Shown here piece after piece: positions 39,201 through 52,293 of a DNA stretch of 64,000 nucleotides. The notes under the pieces were generated by a model that made no database searches, was not told the DNA's origin, and worked only from the letters and a program-made list of their open reading frames with translations. Within the stretch, counting starts at the first letter, position 1; every line of letters starts with the position of its first letter. This DNA comes from Paragordius varius (taxonomy: Eukaryota; Animalia; Nematomorpha): assembly GCA_964247055.1 (NCBI GenBank), contig OZ176057.1:5208001-5272000 (forward strand), written 5' to 3'. The translations under genes and the position numbers were made by a program.

Positions 39201-40682
39201 AGAAATCAGTTTTTAGCGGGTAGCTCCTTACCCAGCAGCTATCATCAAAGAAACGCCTGACTAAAATTTTTGCCTTTACGTGGAATCCATATTGAATTTT
39301 TACGGTCTCCTACCTAGGGCAAAAAATAGATTTAAAAAATTATATTTGTGGACTGTTTTTTTTTGAAAAAAATGGCATTTTACGGGGGTGGCGGGTAAAA
39401 AGAGGGCCTAAATCAAAAAAGTGAGTAGACTATGTTCAGCGCGATCAAAAATAAGTAAACAAAAATCATATTTAAAATTGAATGGTCCAACACGTTCTCC
39501 AAAAAATTGACTTAACCCATTTTTCCCACGGGGTAGGCCCGAACTGGGGACCTAATTCCAAAAAAGGGCGAAGCTATGGTCGGGCATTCATAAATGATTA
39601 TATTTTTTCGATATTTGGATTTGATTGGGTTCACCGGTTTTCCGGAAACAGATCACAAAGTTACATGAAAAATCAGTTTTTCGCGGGTAGCTCCTTACTC
39701 AGCATCTATCATCAAAGAAACGCTTGACTAAAATTTTTGCCTTTTAACAGGGAATACGTGGAATCCATATTGAATTTTTACGGTCTCCTACCTAGGGCAA
39801 AAAATAGATTTAAAAAATTATTTTTGTGGACTGTTTTTTTTTTGAAACTGGCATTTTACGGAGGTGGCGGGTAAAAAGAGGGCCTAAATCAAAAAAGAGA
39901 CTCGACTATGTTCGGCGCAATCAAAAATAAGTAAACAAAAATCATATTTAAAATTGAATGGTCCAACACGTTCTCCAAAAAATTGACTTAACTCATTTTT
40001 CACACGGGGTGGGCCCGAACTGGGGACCTAATTCCAAAAAAGGGCGAAGCTATTGTCGGGCATTCATTAATGATTATATTTTTTCGATATTTGGATTTGA
40101 TTGGGTTCACCGGTTTTCCGGAAACAGATCACAAAGTTACATGAAAAATCAGTTTTTCGCGGGTAGCTCCTTACTCAGCATCTATCATCAAAGAAACGCT
40201 TGACTAAAATTTTTGCCTTTTAACAGGTAATACGAAAAAACCTTCTCGAATTTTTACAGTCTCATAACTTGGGAAAAAAAATACAATCAAAAAATTATTT
40301 TTGTGGACTTTGTTTTTTGAAAAAAATGGCATTTTACGGGTGGAGCGGATAAAAAGAGGGACTAAATCAAAAAAGCAAGACGACCATGTTCGGCGCAATC
40401 GAAAATAAGTAAACAAAAATCATATTTAAAATTGAATGATCCAACACGTTCTCCAGAAAATTGTCTCAAAGACACCATTTTTGTGGACTTCTGTTTTTAA
40501 GAAAAAACCCATTTTTCACACGGGGTGGGCCCGAACTGGAGACCTATCTCAAAAAAAGGGCGAAGCTATTGTCGTAGCATTCATTAATGATTTTTTTTTC
40601 AAAGTTTGGATTTGAATGGGTCTACCGTTTTTCCTGTACCAGATCACAAAGCCAGCATTTTCCATTTTTATAAATATATAGA
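27268..40682 (-). mobile_element. Non-autonomous Helitron carrying a 13-kb internal tandem array
   Basis: Minus-strand 5' end A|TCTATATATTTATAAAAATGG at 40682; 3' end hairpin CTCGGGCTG-CGTAC-CAGCACGAG, 7 nt, then CTAG|T at 27268; inserted in an A|T site with no TSD. Confidence 0.85.
27420..40682. repeat. Satellite-like tandem array, ~28 monomers of 468-480 bp with three 578-bp variant monomers
   Basis: The atggtccaac anchor recurs 27 times: 27718, 28195, 28773, 29249, 29728, 30207, 30686, 31161, 31640 ... 39482, 39958, 40436. Confidence 0.98.
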
Positions 40683-41067
40683 TTAATTCAAATCGGTGTA
40701 TCTAACCCAGACCACATTTTTGCTATAGTTAAAAATCTACTGAAAGAGACGGTTCCTATATAAATTTATGGTTTTATCCTAATAAAAATTAAATAAATAA
40801 CCAAAATAATTAAATAAAATATATTAGGAAAATCGAGAGAATTACGCATTATATATTGTATAATTTATTTTAAATTGAGCTATAATGCGTATATAATAAA
40901 AATCAAATTTTTAATTTTCGACTTTTATTAAAAAGTCTTTATCGCAAAAAAATAAAATGAATTATATTGAAATGCATTATATAGTATGATATAGGTAAAT
41001 GATGGATAAAACAGTAAAATCAAGATTGTATACTAGAAAAAACCATTACCTTTAAAATATTATACGA

Positions 41068-42698
41068 CAGTAAAACGCGGCCCGGGGGCCGCATGCTGCC
41101 CTAAGAGTGCTTTTATATCGGTCGATAACTATATTAATACTTGAATTATTTTTTTATTGATGATTTTTATGAAACATATAAACGAATTTTCGCTTTTAAT
41201 TATAAATATTTGTTTTTTACCCAATTTGAAATGCGGAAAATTTCCCTACATGAAATTGATTTCAAAATTTTAGCAGACGTTGCTTCTGTTTCTGTATTCT
41301 ATTTTCTTTTCTATTTTGAAATTTTTATTGCATTCTTTTTGTATTTTAGCAAGCCTATCACCCAAACTTGCATATTTTTCATTTCTATCCTGCTTTATTT
41401 TTTATAACTTACTCCCATAAAATATTTTCCAAATCAACATCATTAAATTTCGACCTGTTTTTTTATAGCATAATACAAATTATATTGCTATTTTTTTGGA
41501 AAAATTTACATAATACTTAAACATAAATTCAAAGGATGACATCTTATGTAAAAAAACTTAAATTATCCGATGAAAATCGCTCATTTTAAAAAGAGTGGGA
41601 CGAAAAATTCTTTGTGGTTTTAAATAAAAATGTTGTTACCTGCCTTATATGTAAGGAAAACATATATAAAAAAATAACTATTGAAATACATTTTAAAATA
41701 CATCATTCTCATAGATTACCAGAAAATCATGAGGAAAAAATAGAAAAAAGATTAAGGAATTATACCAGAAAGAACTAGAAAAAAATTAGCGTATGAAATT
41801 GTTATATTTTAGCAATAAATATGAAACCGTTTACATATTCGCAACTAATAAAAGAATGTCTAATAAATGGTTGCATTTTTTATTTGATAAATTCAAAATA
41901 AAGATCTAATCACGAGGCAAATTAAAAACTTCAACTTTCTGATTTAACATGTGCTTGACGCATTGAAGATATGTCTAATATATTGGCTCTGAAAAACTGC
42001 AAATATTGTATTTTTGATTATAGCACTGATATTAGTTCAACACCATTTTGCCAACATAATCATCGAGGAATATTTAAATACCATATATTTTCCAACACTC
42101 AAAACGATTGAGATTAATAGACAATCATTTAACATTTTTATCTAATTAATTGAAATTTAGATTTCAAGAATTAAGAAATACTACAAATTTCTAACTCGTT
42201 GAAAATCCATGGCATATGGATATATCCAATATTAAGCCACTTGAGCATTTCGGATTTTAAAAGTTATTTTAATATGGAGGCTATCAAGGAGAATCGTTGA
42301 GAAGAAAGATATGTAGATTTTTGCAAGATGTGCCAGTTAGGAAATATAAAAAAATGTGCCCAAGTTATCCTAACTGTTTTTCCCTCAACTTATATGTGTG
42401 AGACGGCCTATTCAAAAATGAAGTATGTCAAGGATATCGCTTAACCTATAATCATATGGACGACGTATTAAAATTGGCATGTCTTGAGGCAAAACCAAAT
42501 TTGTCAAAAATAATGGTGCAAAACGAGTTTTTAGCTGGATTTACATGCGATCCGTAAGAAAAATTCATTGTGCTGATAAAGTATAATTATGTCATGTGTC
42601 AAATAGTTATGGAATAATTTGCGATTACCAGGTTCATGGCCCTCGAAAATAAAATATATTTTATTTGGCCCGTCAAATTTTTTCGGTGCGCACCACTG
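41068..42698 (+). mobile_element. Decayed hAT (Charlie/SPIN, GTF2IRD2-like) DNA transposon
   Basis: 8-bp TSD ttatacga/ttataaga; right TIR ...gcgcaccactg; transposase relics FKKEWDEKFF..TCLICK (~41585) and FPSTYMCETAYSKMK (~42380). Confidence 0.8.
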
Positions 42699-43812
42699 TT
42701 ATAAGATATAGATAAATGTAATGTTGTGTGATATTTACAATGGATTGATATAAAGTTATTGTTATAGGCTAAAATTTTGATTGAAATAATTGACATTTCT
42801 TACCATATAACTAAAAATTTTTATGGTTTTTAAAATTGGACTTGTATAGAAAACAAACTGTTAAATATTATATCTATTCAACTTTCTAAAAACAAGTGAA
42901 ACTAACATAAAGTTGTGTTTATTGAAAGATGTAGAACGAATAACTGAGAATATTTAATATTAAAATAGTGTTTCAGTGAGAGTTGGTTCATGTAAGTTGT
43001 AAATTTACTCCTTTAATTTCTTAGATGATATGTAAATATCAAACTCTAGCTGTTTATTAGAGTATTCATTCAAGATGACCATATCGCTTAAATAATGGAA
43101 ATCAATGCAAGCTTTAAGGGTCTTTTTTATCTTTAATAATCCAATAGTTTGTATATTTTCATAATTGAGATTCAACTATTTAACAATCCAGAATTGTTCC
43201 TTAGTTATTATATGTGTTAAGAAACAACAAATTTTACCTGATATATTATGTAATATAATATGCTATAAAATTGTATAATGTAGTATTATAATGACATGTA
43301 CTAAGGTAAGTCATTTGGCCTGCTTAACTTAATTCCTCACCATAAGATTTATTGAGTTAAAACTTAGAATATCACTAGTATTTTAAATTATACTTTAATG
43401 TATATATTTTAATTTTATTTTTTACGTTTGACCAAGATTACTGTAGTAATCGAAAATTCACTCCAATAAATTCATTTAATTTTAGCTGAAATATTATTGC
43501 AATAAGAATAAAATAATAATTTTTTATTGTGTCTCATAGGCGAATAATTGTCATGAATAACTAACTATATAATATTAAACTTTTTTTACATATGCTAATA
43601 TTTGATTGATTTTAATGAATAAAAATAAATTATTTACCTATATAAATTTCACAAAACAAGTATAATTTTGGAGGAAGTTAACATTAAGGGGTTAACATGT
43701 GTTAAAATAATCATTAGCATTTTAACTTGTACCAATAATTTAAAAAAAACCTGTTTTTATTTACTGTTAATATCCAGTTGTTTAAAAAACAGGATAAATA
43801 TATACTTATTTT

Positions 43813-44662
43813 CGGGCTTGGAACAGGTTTAAAAAAAGTGGAACCGGAACCAGGTCGTAAAATAGGAACCGGGGTGTGAAATGGAACCGGAACCGCGTTG
43901 GTTTCTTATAAATTTAGCGGTTCCGGAACCGGTTCTTTACATTGAGAACCGGTTCCATTTTCGGTTCCTACTTTTGATTAAATGATTTTCTTACAAAATA
44001 TTTATTATAATAATAATACAACCAAAATATTAACAATTATCAATCAAACAATTTATTATAAATTGCCAAATATAGTGTATATATTATGACTTTTTTTAGA
44101 ACAGCGGAATCCTAAATTCAGCGAGTATCGCTAATATAATATTAGGCGCTTATTTTGAAGTTTGAAGTATGTAAATATGTAGTGGTACTATCAAATTTAA
44201 ATAATAGAAATTTTTTACAGTAATAATTGATATTATACAGACAAAACATAAAAATTTAAAGACAATTTTTTTTCAAAAGCCAACCATACTTTTTTAAAAT
44301 TAATTTATCCTATATAAACTATCAATTAATATTGTGTATATATATATAATTGATTGTTACAAATTTACATTTCTGTATTATACTTTGTAGATTATAACAA
44401 TGAGTTATATTTTAAAAAAATCAAGATCTTTTAGAAAAAATATTTGTTTTATATTTTTTGTCAGTATAATTTTAATTTTTACTGGGAACCACTAATTAAG
44501 AGGGTGGAACCGGAACCGGGTTGGTTCCTAAAAATTTATAGATAGAACCGTGGTACCCGGGGAAATGGAACCGGAACCGCGTTGGTTCCATCGCAATGGA
44601 ACCGGTTCGTGTTAAAATCCCAACCGGGTTCCGGTTCCATGCGGTTCCGGTTCCAAGCCCTG
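43813..44662. mobile_element. Non-autonomous hAT element with GGAACC subterminal repeats
   Basis: TIR cgggcttggaac / gttccaagccctg; perfect 8-bp TSD cttatttt; many (GG)AACCGG repeats at both ends. Confidence 0.9.
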
Positions 44663-45096
44663 CTTATTTTTGATAAAATATTGTAACAAGGTGTACTTGG
44701 CTTTATTTATTTTCTAAAATATAAAAAAATCAGGTTTTTATTGGGAGGAAGTTAACAATAAGAGATTGACATGTGTTAATATTTTCATTAACACTTCCAT
44801 AATTGGGGTTTTTAAATACCCCAGACTAAATTTAAATTAGGATTTTTAAAAACTACTGGAGGAAACGGTCCCAATTTAAATTTATGCTCCTATCCTAATA
44901 AAATTATATAAATATTCCAAAATATCTAAATAAAATATTGTTTTGAAAAAAATTCCATGTCAAAGTACTTCGAAGCCATTTTATTTTACAAAATATTTGC
45001 AAAATATGTCTTCATTTAATTTTAAGGGTAAAATTAAAGCTAATTTTATTTAAATTACATCTAACATTGATAGAAATAGAAAAAGCGGTTTATTGT

Positions 45097-45353
45097 TGTG
45101 GTGACTCGAGAAACCGTAAAACAAGAATATTTTTTGAGATAAAATAAAACTAAACTATATAAAACTTTCGGTGTTTATATACTTTTTGTGAACATATTTA
45201 CATGTTAACCAAGGTAAAATAACGTGTGCAGGGAAAATACAAAATTGATACATTAGTTTAATTCAAATATAAAGGTCATCAAAAATATATTCAAATCTAA
45301 TATATAAATTTGTCTAGACTAAGATTTGCTAACTAATGTATTCAAATCTATCA
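45097..45353 (-). repeat. 3' LTR of the Gypsy element
   Basis: Direct repeat of 52035-52293 with scattered mismatches (roughly 88-90% by eye). Confidence 0.88.
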
Positions 45354-45559
45354 TATCTCCTTATCCGAATCCGATCCGATCTGGTGCTTTTCTTTCCCTT
45401 TTTCATTTCACCCTGGATTTTTCTCGTTTTCTTTTTTTTTGCTTTGTTCCTCCCCCACCTCCCGATTATTGGTTGTAATACATTCATCTTTATCGTTAAA
45501 CCACCATCAGCCCCCTCTCCGCCGTTCTCGACACCGGTCGGCCATTATTGATCCGCATG

Positions 45560-46115
45560 TTTGCGAAGGGTAATTCCATCTTTTACCGTGTACGAGAGTA
45601 CCCCTGTTCTCTCCAAAATTGAACCTTTTCTCCACCCCGAATTGATTTCATTCTTTATGTACACTTCTTCGTCCGGTGTAAACTTGATTGGGTATGATGT
45701 CGTCCCCTGATTGTTGTAAGGGTATTTCCCTAACCCAAGAAAAAAGGGTATTTATATTTATTTTAAATAAGTTTTGCGGCACTCTTTTGTGGCGCTGTGT
45801 ATACCCATAACACTTGATTTATTTTTTTGTCAGGAGGCAGCTTAGAATCCGTTAGCGATTTATAGTGTGCTTTAAAGGTATAAATGACCCGTTCCACCAG
45901 CCCATTTGTTCGTGGATGATAGGGGGCACTAGTGACATGTTTAATGTTTGCTGGTTGCAAGGTAGCTTTAAAATCCTTTGATGCAAAATATGATGCATTA
46001 TCAGTAACCATCATTCATGGAAACCCGTACCTTACACACCAAATTTCTAACCAATGTAGTATGTTTGCAGAATTAACAGTTCTTAGTAATTCGACTTGAA
46101 CCCATCTGGAGCTAT
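45560..46115 (-). pseudogene. Gypsy integrase catalytic core and C-terminal part
   Basis: SSRWVQV...YGFP*MMVTDNASYFASKDF...TSAPYHPRTNGLVER. Confidence 0.88.
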
Positions 46116-46339
46116 TCATAATTCATCAAAAATCATTACATATTATCTTTTTTTTTCTCTGATTCTTGGTGCCTTATTATTTTAATTTACTAGCATAGCC
46201 ATAATTTCCTTATATTTTTCTTTTATGATGGCTATACAAAGTGAAATATTAATATTTATAATTTATCCAAATTGACAACATTTATAAAGATTACTTTTTA
46301 ATTTTATTTATTATCCTAGATATTAATTCATTTTTTTTT

Positions 46340-49190
46340 GTAAAGAGGATAGGTGAGAGGGAAGGCAATGGCAAACCACCCTCGTTTTATTACTGCCAAA
46401 AAATAATTCTATATGAAATTAACGCGACTTTTCAAAGTTGGATGCTGGAACGTACGTTCCTTAACAGAAACCAAACAGGTTATAATTGAAAGGGAAATGG
46501 AAAGATTGAACTTAGATATACTGGGTCTAACGGAAACCAAGCAAAAAGGTAGTGCGAAAGCACAAAACGAAAATTATACATTGTTAAGATCGGGGAGAGA
46601 TGACCAGAAATCAGAAGGCGTTGCAGTATTAATAAAAAACAAATTAAATAAAAGTCTCATTAGTTATACACCATATACACCCAGAATCATGAGTATTAGG
46701 CTAAGCCACTTAAATTTACATACATAGTAGTCTATGCTCCTACGTCAAACGCTCCCAAAGAAGACATAGAAGATTTTTATGCTAAGTTGCAAATAGTTTT
46801 GGATGAAACGAAGAAAGGAGATATGATTATCATAGGAGGGGATTGGAACAGCAAAGTGTAGATTAAATAGTCGGGCCATATGGATTGGGAGAACGAAACG
46901 AGGCTGGGGAAGCACTGATCAATTTTTGCCAAGAAAATGAGATGATGATAACCAACACATGGTTTACACAAAGGAGGTTATACACATGGACCTCTCCATG
47001 TGGTAAATATAAAAACCGAATTGATTACATAATATGTCCACAAAAATGGAAAAGCTCTATACTCGACACCAAAACAAGCAAAAGCAGCGATTGCTCTAGC
47101 GATCATGAACTTTTATTAACCAAAATCAAACTTAAAATATTTAAAAATAAGGTTAAACAGACACACAGATATGACACTCGGAACATTCCAAATAGTTTTA
47201 GAACAGAAACAAAAGATAGATTAGAAAGATTGGACAATGAATGTAGCTCAGTATAATTATGGGGAAAGATAAAAAATGTTGTAAATGAAGTGGCAAAAGA
47301 AAAAGTGCAAAGGGTAAAGAGGAAAGATAATAAATGTATATAAGAAAAGAGTTTAGAGATAGCAGAAAAGCGGAGAAAAGCTAAATCAAGAGGTGATATA
47401 AAATGGTTAAATTATATAACAAAAATTTCAACGACAAACAAGGAAAGATTTTGAAGATTTTCTTAATAAACAATGTCTGGAAGTGGAATTAAATAACAAA
47501 AAAGGATTAATGCAACCAATGTTTCAGAAACTGAAGCAAATAACTCACAAACCTTATATATCATCCCAAAAGATTAAAAAGGAGAATGGCACCATATTGT
47601 GCAAACAAACAGAAGTACGAGAAAGATGGAAGGAATATGCCCAAAAACTCTATCAGGCTCCTCAAGCAAAAGGGTTGCAAATAAAAGAAGAAGAACGTGA
47701 TCCAGATATACTAAGAGAGGAGGTTTAATTAGCCTTAGAACAAATTCCTAACAACAAAGCGATGGGATTAGACAATATCCCAATAGAGTTCATAAAAGCT
47801 ATTCCTGTAGAAACGTTACACAAGTTATGTCAAAAGGTGTGGGAAACATGTGAGTGGCCAAACGACTGGATATCATCTGTATATCTCCCAATATATAAAA
47901 AAGGAGATGTACTCCAGTGCGAAAACTACCGGAATATAGCTCTTTTAGCCACGCTAGTAAGGTCTTACTAAAAATAATACAAAACAGGATGCACAGTATC
48001 ATACAGTCAGAAATACCAGAAAATCAAGCCGGATCTATGAAGGGAAAAGCACAAGAGACCATATCTCAAACATGAGAAGGATAATGGAAACATCTAAAGA
48101 GTTCCAGAAAGAATTATACATGTGTTTTATTGATTACAGACAAGCCTTCGATTCGATTAACTATGACTCCTTGTGGGAAACATTAAAGTTAGTAGGGGTA
48201 TCGTCTCACTTAATAAGATTGATTAGCTCTCTCTATGTAAAACAAAGAGCGATTATTAGAACATCAGCGGGGACACAGACGAAATACCTATCTTGAAAGG
48301 AGTCAGGCAAGGGTGTTGCTTATCCCCTTATCTGTTCAATATGTGCATAGAAATGATAATGAGGAAGTTAGATGGTAAAAATATTGGAGTAAGAATAGGA
48401 GGGAGAACAATCAATAATTTAAGGTTTGCAGACGATACCACTCTTATAGCTGAAAGTGTAAATGATTTGAAGGATTGAAGAGATTCGAAAGGAAAGTTTG
48501 AGTTTTGGTCTTACGCTTAACCCTAACAAAACCAAAATATTATGTATTGGAGAAAAGCCTACAATTATTATAGAAGGAGTAGAAATAGAAATAGTTAAAC
48601 AGTTAACGTTTTTGGGAGCAATAATTTCAGAGGATGGGTCTTCAACTCCTGACATAGAAAGAGAATAGGATTGGGTAGAGAAGCGATGACCAAATTAATA
48701 CAGATTTGGAAAAACAAAAGCGTAGGAGTTGAAACCAAAAAAAGATTACTCTACTGTTTCGTTCCGCCGGACACGACATATGGATGTGAGGGCTGGACTC
48801 TCAGAAAAAGGGACAAAGAACTCATGGCTTTCAAAAGGAGCTGCTAGCGTAGGATGCTAGGATACACATGGACGGATAAAATTAAGAATGGAAATCTAAC
48901 TACAGAAATAAAACCTAAAACAAACATCCTGGAGATAATTCTAAAAAGAAAGTTAACATATTTTGTTCATCTCATGCGATCAATTCTCTGGAGAAAGATA
49001 CAATGTTTGGGAAGGTAGAAGGACAAAGGAAACGAGGCCGACCATCGATGAGGTGGTTGGATACGATAAAAGAAGAGACTAAAATGACATTAAACGATCT
49101 CAATATAGCTGTAAAAGATAGAAGAAAATGGAAAGAAATAGTGAAAACTATATCCAAAAAGTCGTTTACGACTTAGGAAAAACAAACCAA
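46340..49190 (+). mobile_element. Near full-length RTE-clade LINE (APE + RT), pseudogenised, inserted into the Gypsy integrase
   Basis: VGCWNVRSL, ILGLTETK, GERNEAGEALINFCQEN, YTWTSP, RIDYI, DHELL; RT FIDYRQAFDSI, GVRQGC.LSPYLFN, LRFADD; 3' end agtcgtttacgactta plus a short aacc/aact tail. Confidence 0.93.
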
Positions 49191-52013
49191 CTAACCAATA
49201 AAACCCAGCAATAGGACCGGAAATATCCAGATGTATCCGTTCCCAGATACCCGTATAAAATTCCATTTGTAGGTGGGATTGCTTTTTATGTTACACCGGT
49301 TTAACTGACACCCCATACAAAATCTCACATAACTTTCGATGTCTTGGTTTATACCTGGCCAATAAACCCTTGACTTGGCAGACTGTTTCATTACATTACC
49401 CCCCGAATGTCCAACATGCAAAAATTTTAACGTTAAATTGCGCAACGCCCTGGGGATAAAAAGACGATCGCCCAATACAACAAACCATATGATTCTTATA
49501 TTTCGTTTCTTATGCTCAATATCGAATTTAAAATTGGAGCTGACCAATCATTATGATGTAGAGCCGTTTTTAATGATATCAAAACATCCCGTAAAGTATT
49601 TTCTTTAATTCGCTGAACGTTTAAGTTCTCTGTAGTTAAAAAGTTGATTTGCCTACTGGGTGCTTGCTCCTCAACCTCAATCGGTTCTTCATACGGTAGA
49701 CAAGATAACCAATCCGCCAAATTTTCGCAACCATCAATATATTGAATATTAAAATTATAATCGACTGTTCTGAGTATCTATCTTACTAATTGTTAATATT
49801 ACTTAGATCTCTTTTACAGCCAAACAACTTGATTAGGGGTTTATGAGCGGTTAATAATAAGAACTTTCTGCCATACACAAACATTTTAAACTTTTCTAGC
49901 GCATATAAAATTGCCTTTGCTTTATTCAATCACCGAGAAATGTTTTCTGCTCGCACATTTTCGAGACGCAAAAGCTATCGGCCGTTTTCCATCACTTGTC
50001 ATATGTGATAAGACTGTTCCAAATCCGTCATTCGATGCGTCTGTTTCTAACACCAACGGAAGGTTCGGGTTAAACGGTATTAGACATTGCCCTTTCACCA
50101 ACAGTTTAGCTTTATCAAAAACCATCTTTTCTTTTGTCGACCAACACCACTTCTTAGAACCTGTAAGCGCATGTAAATCCACGATTGTAGCATGCGATGG
50201 AACGAGCGTCAAAATTTAACATTCCCAAAAAAGACCGGATGGATGTCTTATTGGTAGGTAGGACAATTCAAAATTGCTTTTACCTTTTCGTTATCAGGTT
50301 TAATTCTTTTGTCTGAAATTATATATGCTAAGTATGACACTGAGGAACGAATTAATTGGATTTTATCCTTTTTTAATTTCAAACCCACAGCAGCAAATTT
50401 GTTCAAAACTTTTTCTAAGTTATCCTTATGCTTCATTACCGTTGTTCCACTAACAATTACATCATCGAAGTAACGCCATACCTGGCATCCAAAATTTGTT
50501 GAAAAATCGTGGGTGCATTAGCTATTATAAATGGCAGTCTCTTAAATCGAAAAAGACCTATATACGAACTAAACGTGAGTAAATGTTGATAATCTTGGTG
50601 GATAGGCATTTGCCAGTAAGCTTCTTTTAATTCTAGGGCCGTAAAAGCTTTTCCCTGCCCGATTTTAAACATTAACTGTCAAACGTTGGAATGATCCACT
50701 GGAACCAAACTTGGGTTAACAGTAACTCTAAAATCACCACATATGCGAATATCATTATCATTCTTCTTAACTATCACCAACGGAGTTACCCAGTCAATTC
50801 GTGTTTGCGAGGGGTTTATGGCCTCAATGATACCCACACTTTCAAGCCTCTTTAATTTACTCTCCACCTTAGACTGAAGCGTGATAGGTACCCTCCTAAC
50901 TGCAAATCATTTGGGGATGCTCCCTTTTTTGAGAAACAACTTGATGGGTGGCCCCGTGTAACACCCAATACCCTCACAAAACAAATCCTTAATTTTTTAT
51001 AAATCCAAATAACTAACATTCTTTACACAGACATCATGAAATCTACATTGAAAGCTTTTCATCCAGGGTAACCCAAAAATATTACCCCAATCCTCCCTAG
51101 TAAACATTTCCAACTGTTTGCCCATACCATTCCAGTTAACATCTACCACGCATTGTCCCATCACCTCTACACCTTGATGGTTGAACCCAACTATTGGACC
51201 CGTGGGTCCTAAGGTCGGCCTTCCGATCTCCATCCACGTGCTTTTCCCAATCAATGATATTTGAGCTCCGGTATCGTACAGCATCCTCACCCAATGACCA
51301 TTCAGATTTGCTGTTCGGGCTTTATTATTAAATTATTAACATTCACTATATTAACTCGCCGGCAACACCTGCCAAAATGACCTCGTCCTTTGCATCGGTA
51401 ACACTCTTTAATTGAAGCGGGACACCAGTTGATCGCATGCACATACCCACATTTTCCACACATCTTCTCTATTATCATCACCTGCTTATAGCCCTGTTCA
51501 ATTAAACAACTATCCGCCTTTTCGTACGCCATTGCCATTTCTACCACCATCTCCAACGTAACAAGCTTCCCATCAAATATTGCATCTGGAAATTTCGTGA
51601 ACAGATCTATTTACAATCTTTTGAGTTGCAATCCTCCAACAAACCCATCTCTGATTCTTAGCATTGCATCTTGCCCAAAGTTGAACCGAGCAGCACATTC
51701 CTTTACCCGAATCCAATAATCCATCACTGATTCCTTGGCTTCCCTCGCGTAAACTGAAACCTGGCTGCAAACACATTGTATGTCGGAGCAAATATTTTTT
51801 TCCAGCTGCTACTAAAGCATCCCACCCCACTTCCTCTAACACTACAGGACAAACTTCAACTTTGGAATATGGGATAGACCGATGTAGGCCAATAACAAGT
51901 TTTTTTTCGTCATCTCCTTGAATTAATTTCACTTTGAACATTCTATTTATATAATCGATATAGTCATCAAAGCTAGTTGCGGAATCATATACTTTCAGAC
52001 TTAAATTTTTCAT
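49191..52013 (-). pseudogene. Gypsy gag-protease-RT-RNaseH-integrase (N-terminal part), frameshifted
   Basis: ORF fragments 51573-52061, 51302-51556, 50997-51290, 50679-50867, 50457-50672, 50248-50436, 49922-50212, 49496-49720, 49191-49547 are in the canonical Ty3/Gypsy order. Confidence 0.9.
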
Positions 52014-52034
52014 GCGCGAAACGACCGCGCCAAA

Positions 52035-52293
52035 TGTGTGACTCGTGAAACCGTAAAACAAGAATATTTATTGATAAATACAAAAACTAAACTATATAAA
52101 ATTTGCGGTGTTTATATATTTTTTGTGAATATAATATTTACATGTTAAACCAAGGTAAAATAACGTGTACAGGTTAAATACAAAATTGATACAATAGTTT
52201 AATTCAAATATAAAAGGTCATCAAAAATGTATTCGAATCTAATATAAAATTATCTAGTCTAAGATTAGCTAACTGATGTATTTAAATCTATCA
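52035..52293 (-). repeat. 5' LTR of the Gypsy element
   Basis: Followed on the minus strand by the PBS and the gag ATG at 52013. Confidence 0.88.

Larger units (their letters stand above)
45097..52293 (-). mobile_element. Ty3/Gypsy LTR retrotransposon (K02A2.6-like gag-pol), decayed and interrupted by an RTE LINE
   Basis: Two ~258-bp TG..CA LTRs; PBS TGGCGCGGTCG just inside the 5' LTR; PPT GGATAAGGAGATA; gag zinc knuckle CYRCKGRGHFGRC, protease YDTGA, RT YFDD, RNase H ETDAS, integrase H-H-C-C and WERIHLD..GP / VTDNA. Confidence 0.93.

Noticed and set aside
27718-40416. Repeated 78-86 aa ORFs (MVQHVLQKI..., MFSRKLSQR...) in the array
   Set aside because: They are by-products of the tandem monomer; most monomers break them by indels, and there are no splice signals or protein motifs
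27268-40682. CRISPR-like repeat-spacer array or rDNA/5S/SL/snRNA tandem cluster
   Set aside because: Monomers are ~478 bp and repeated in full with no unique spacers; no recognisable rRNA, 5S, SL or snRNA motifs; Helitron termini explain the array
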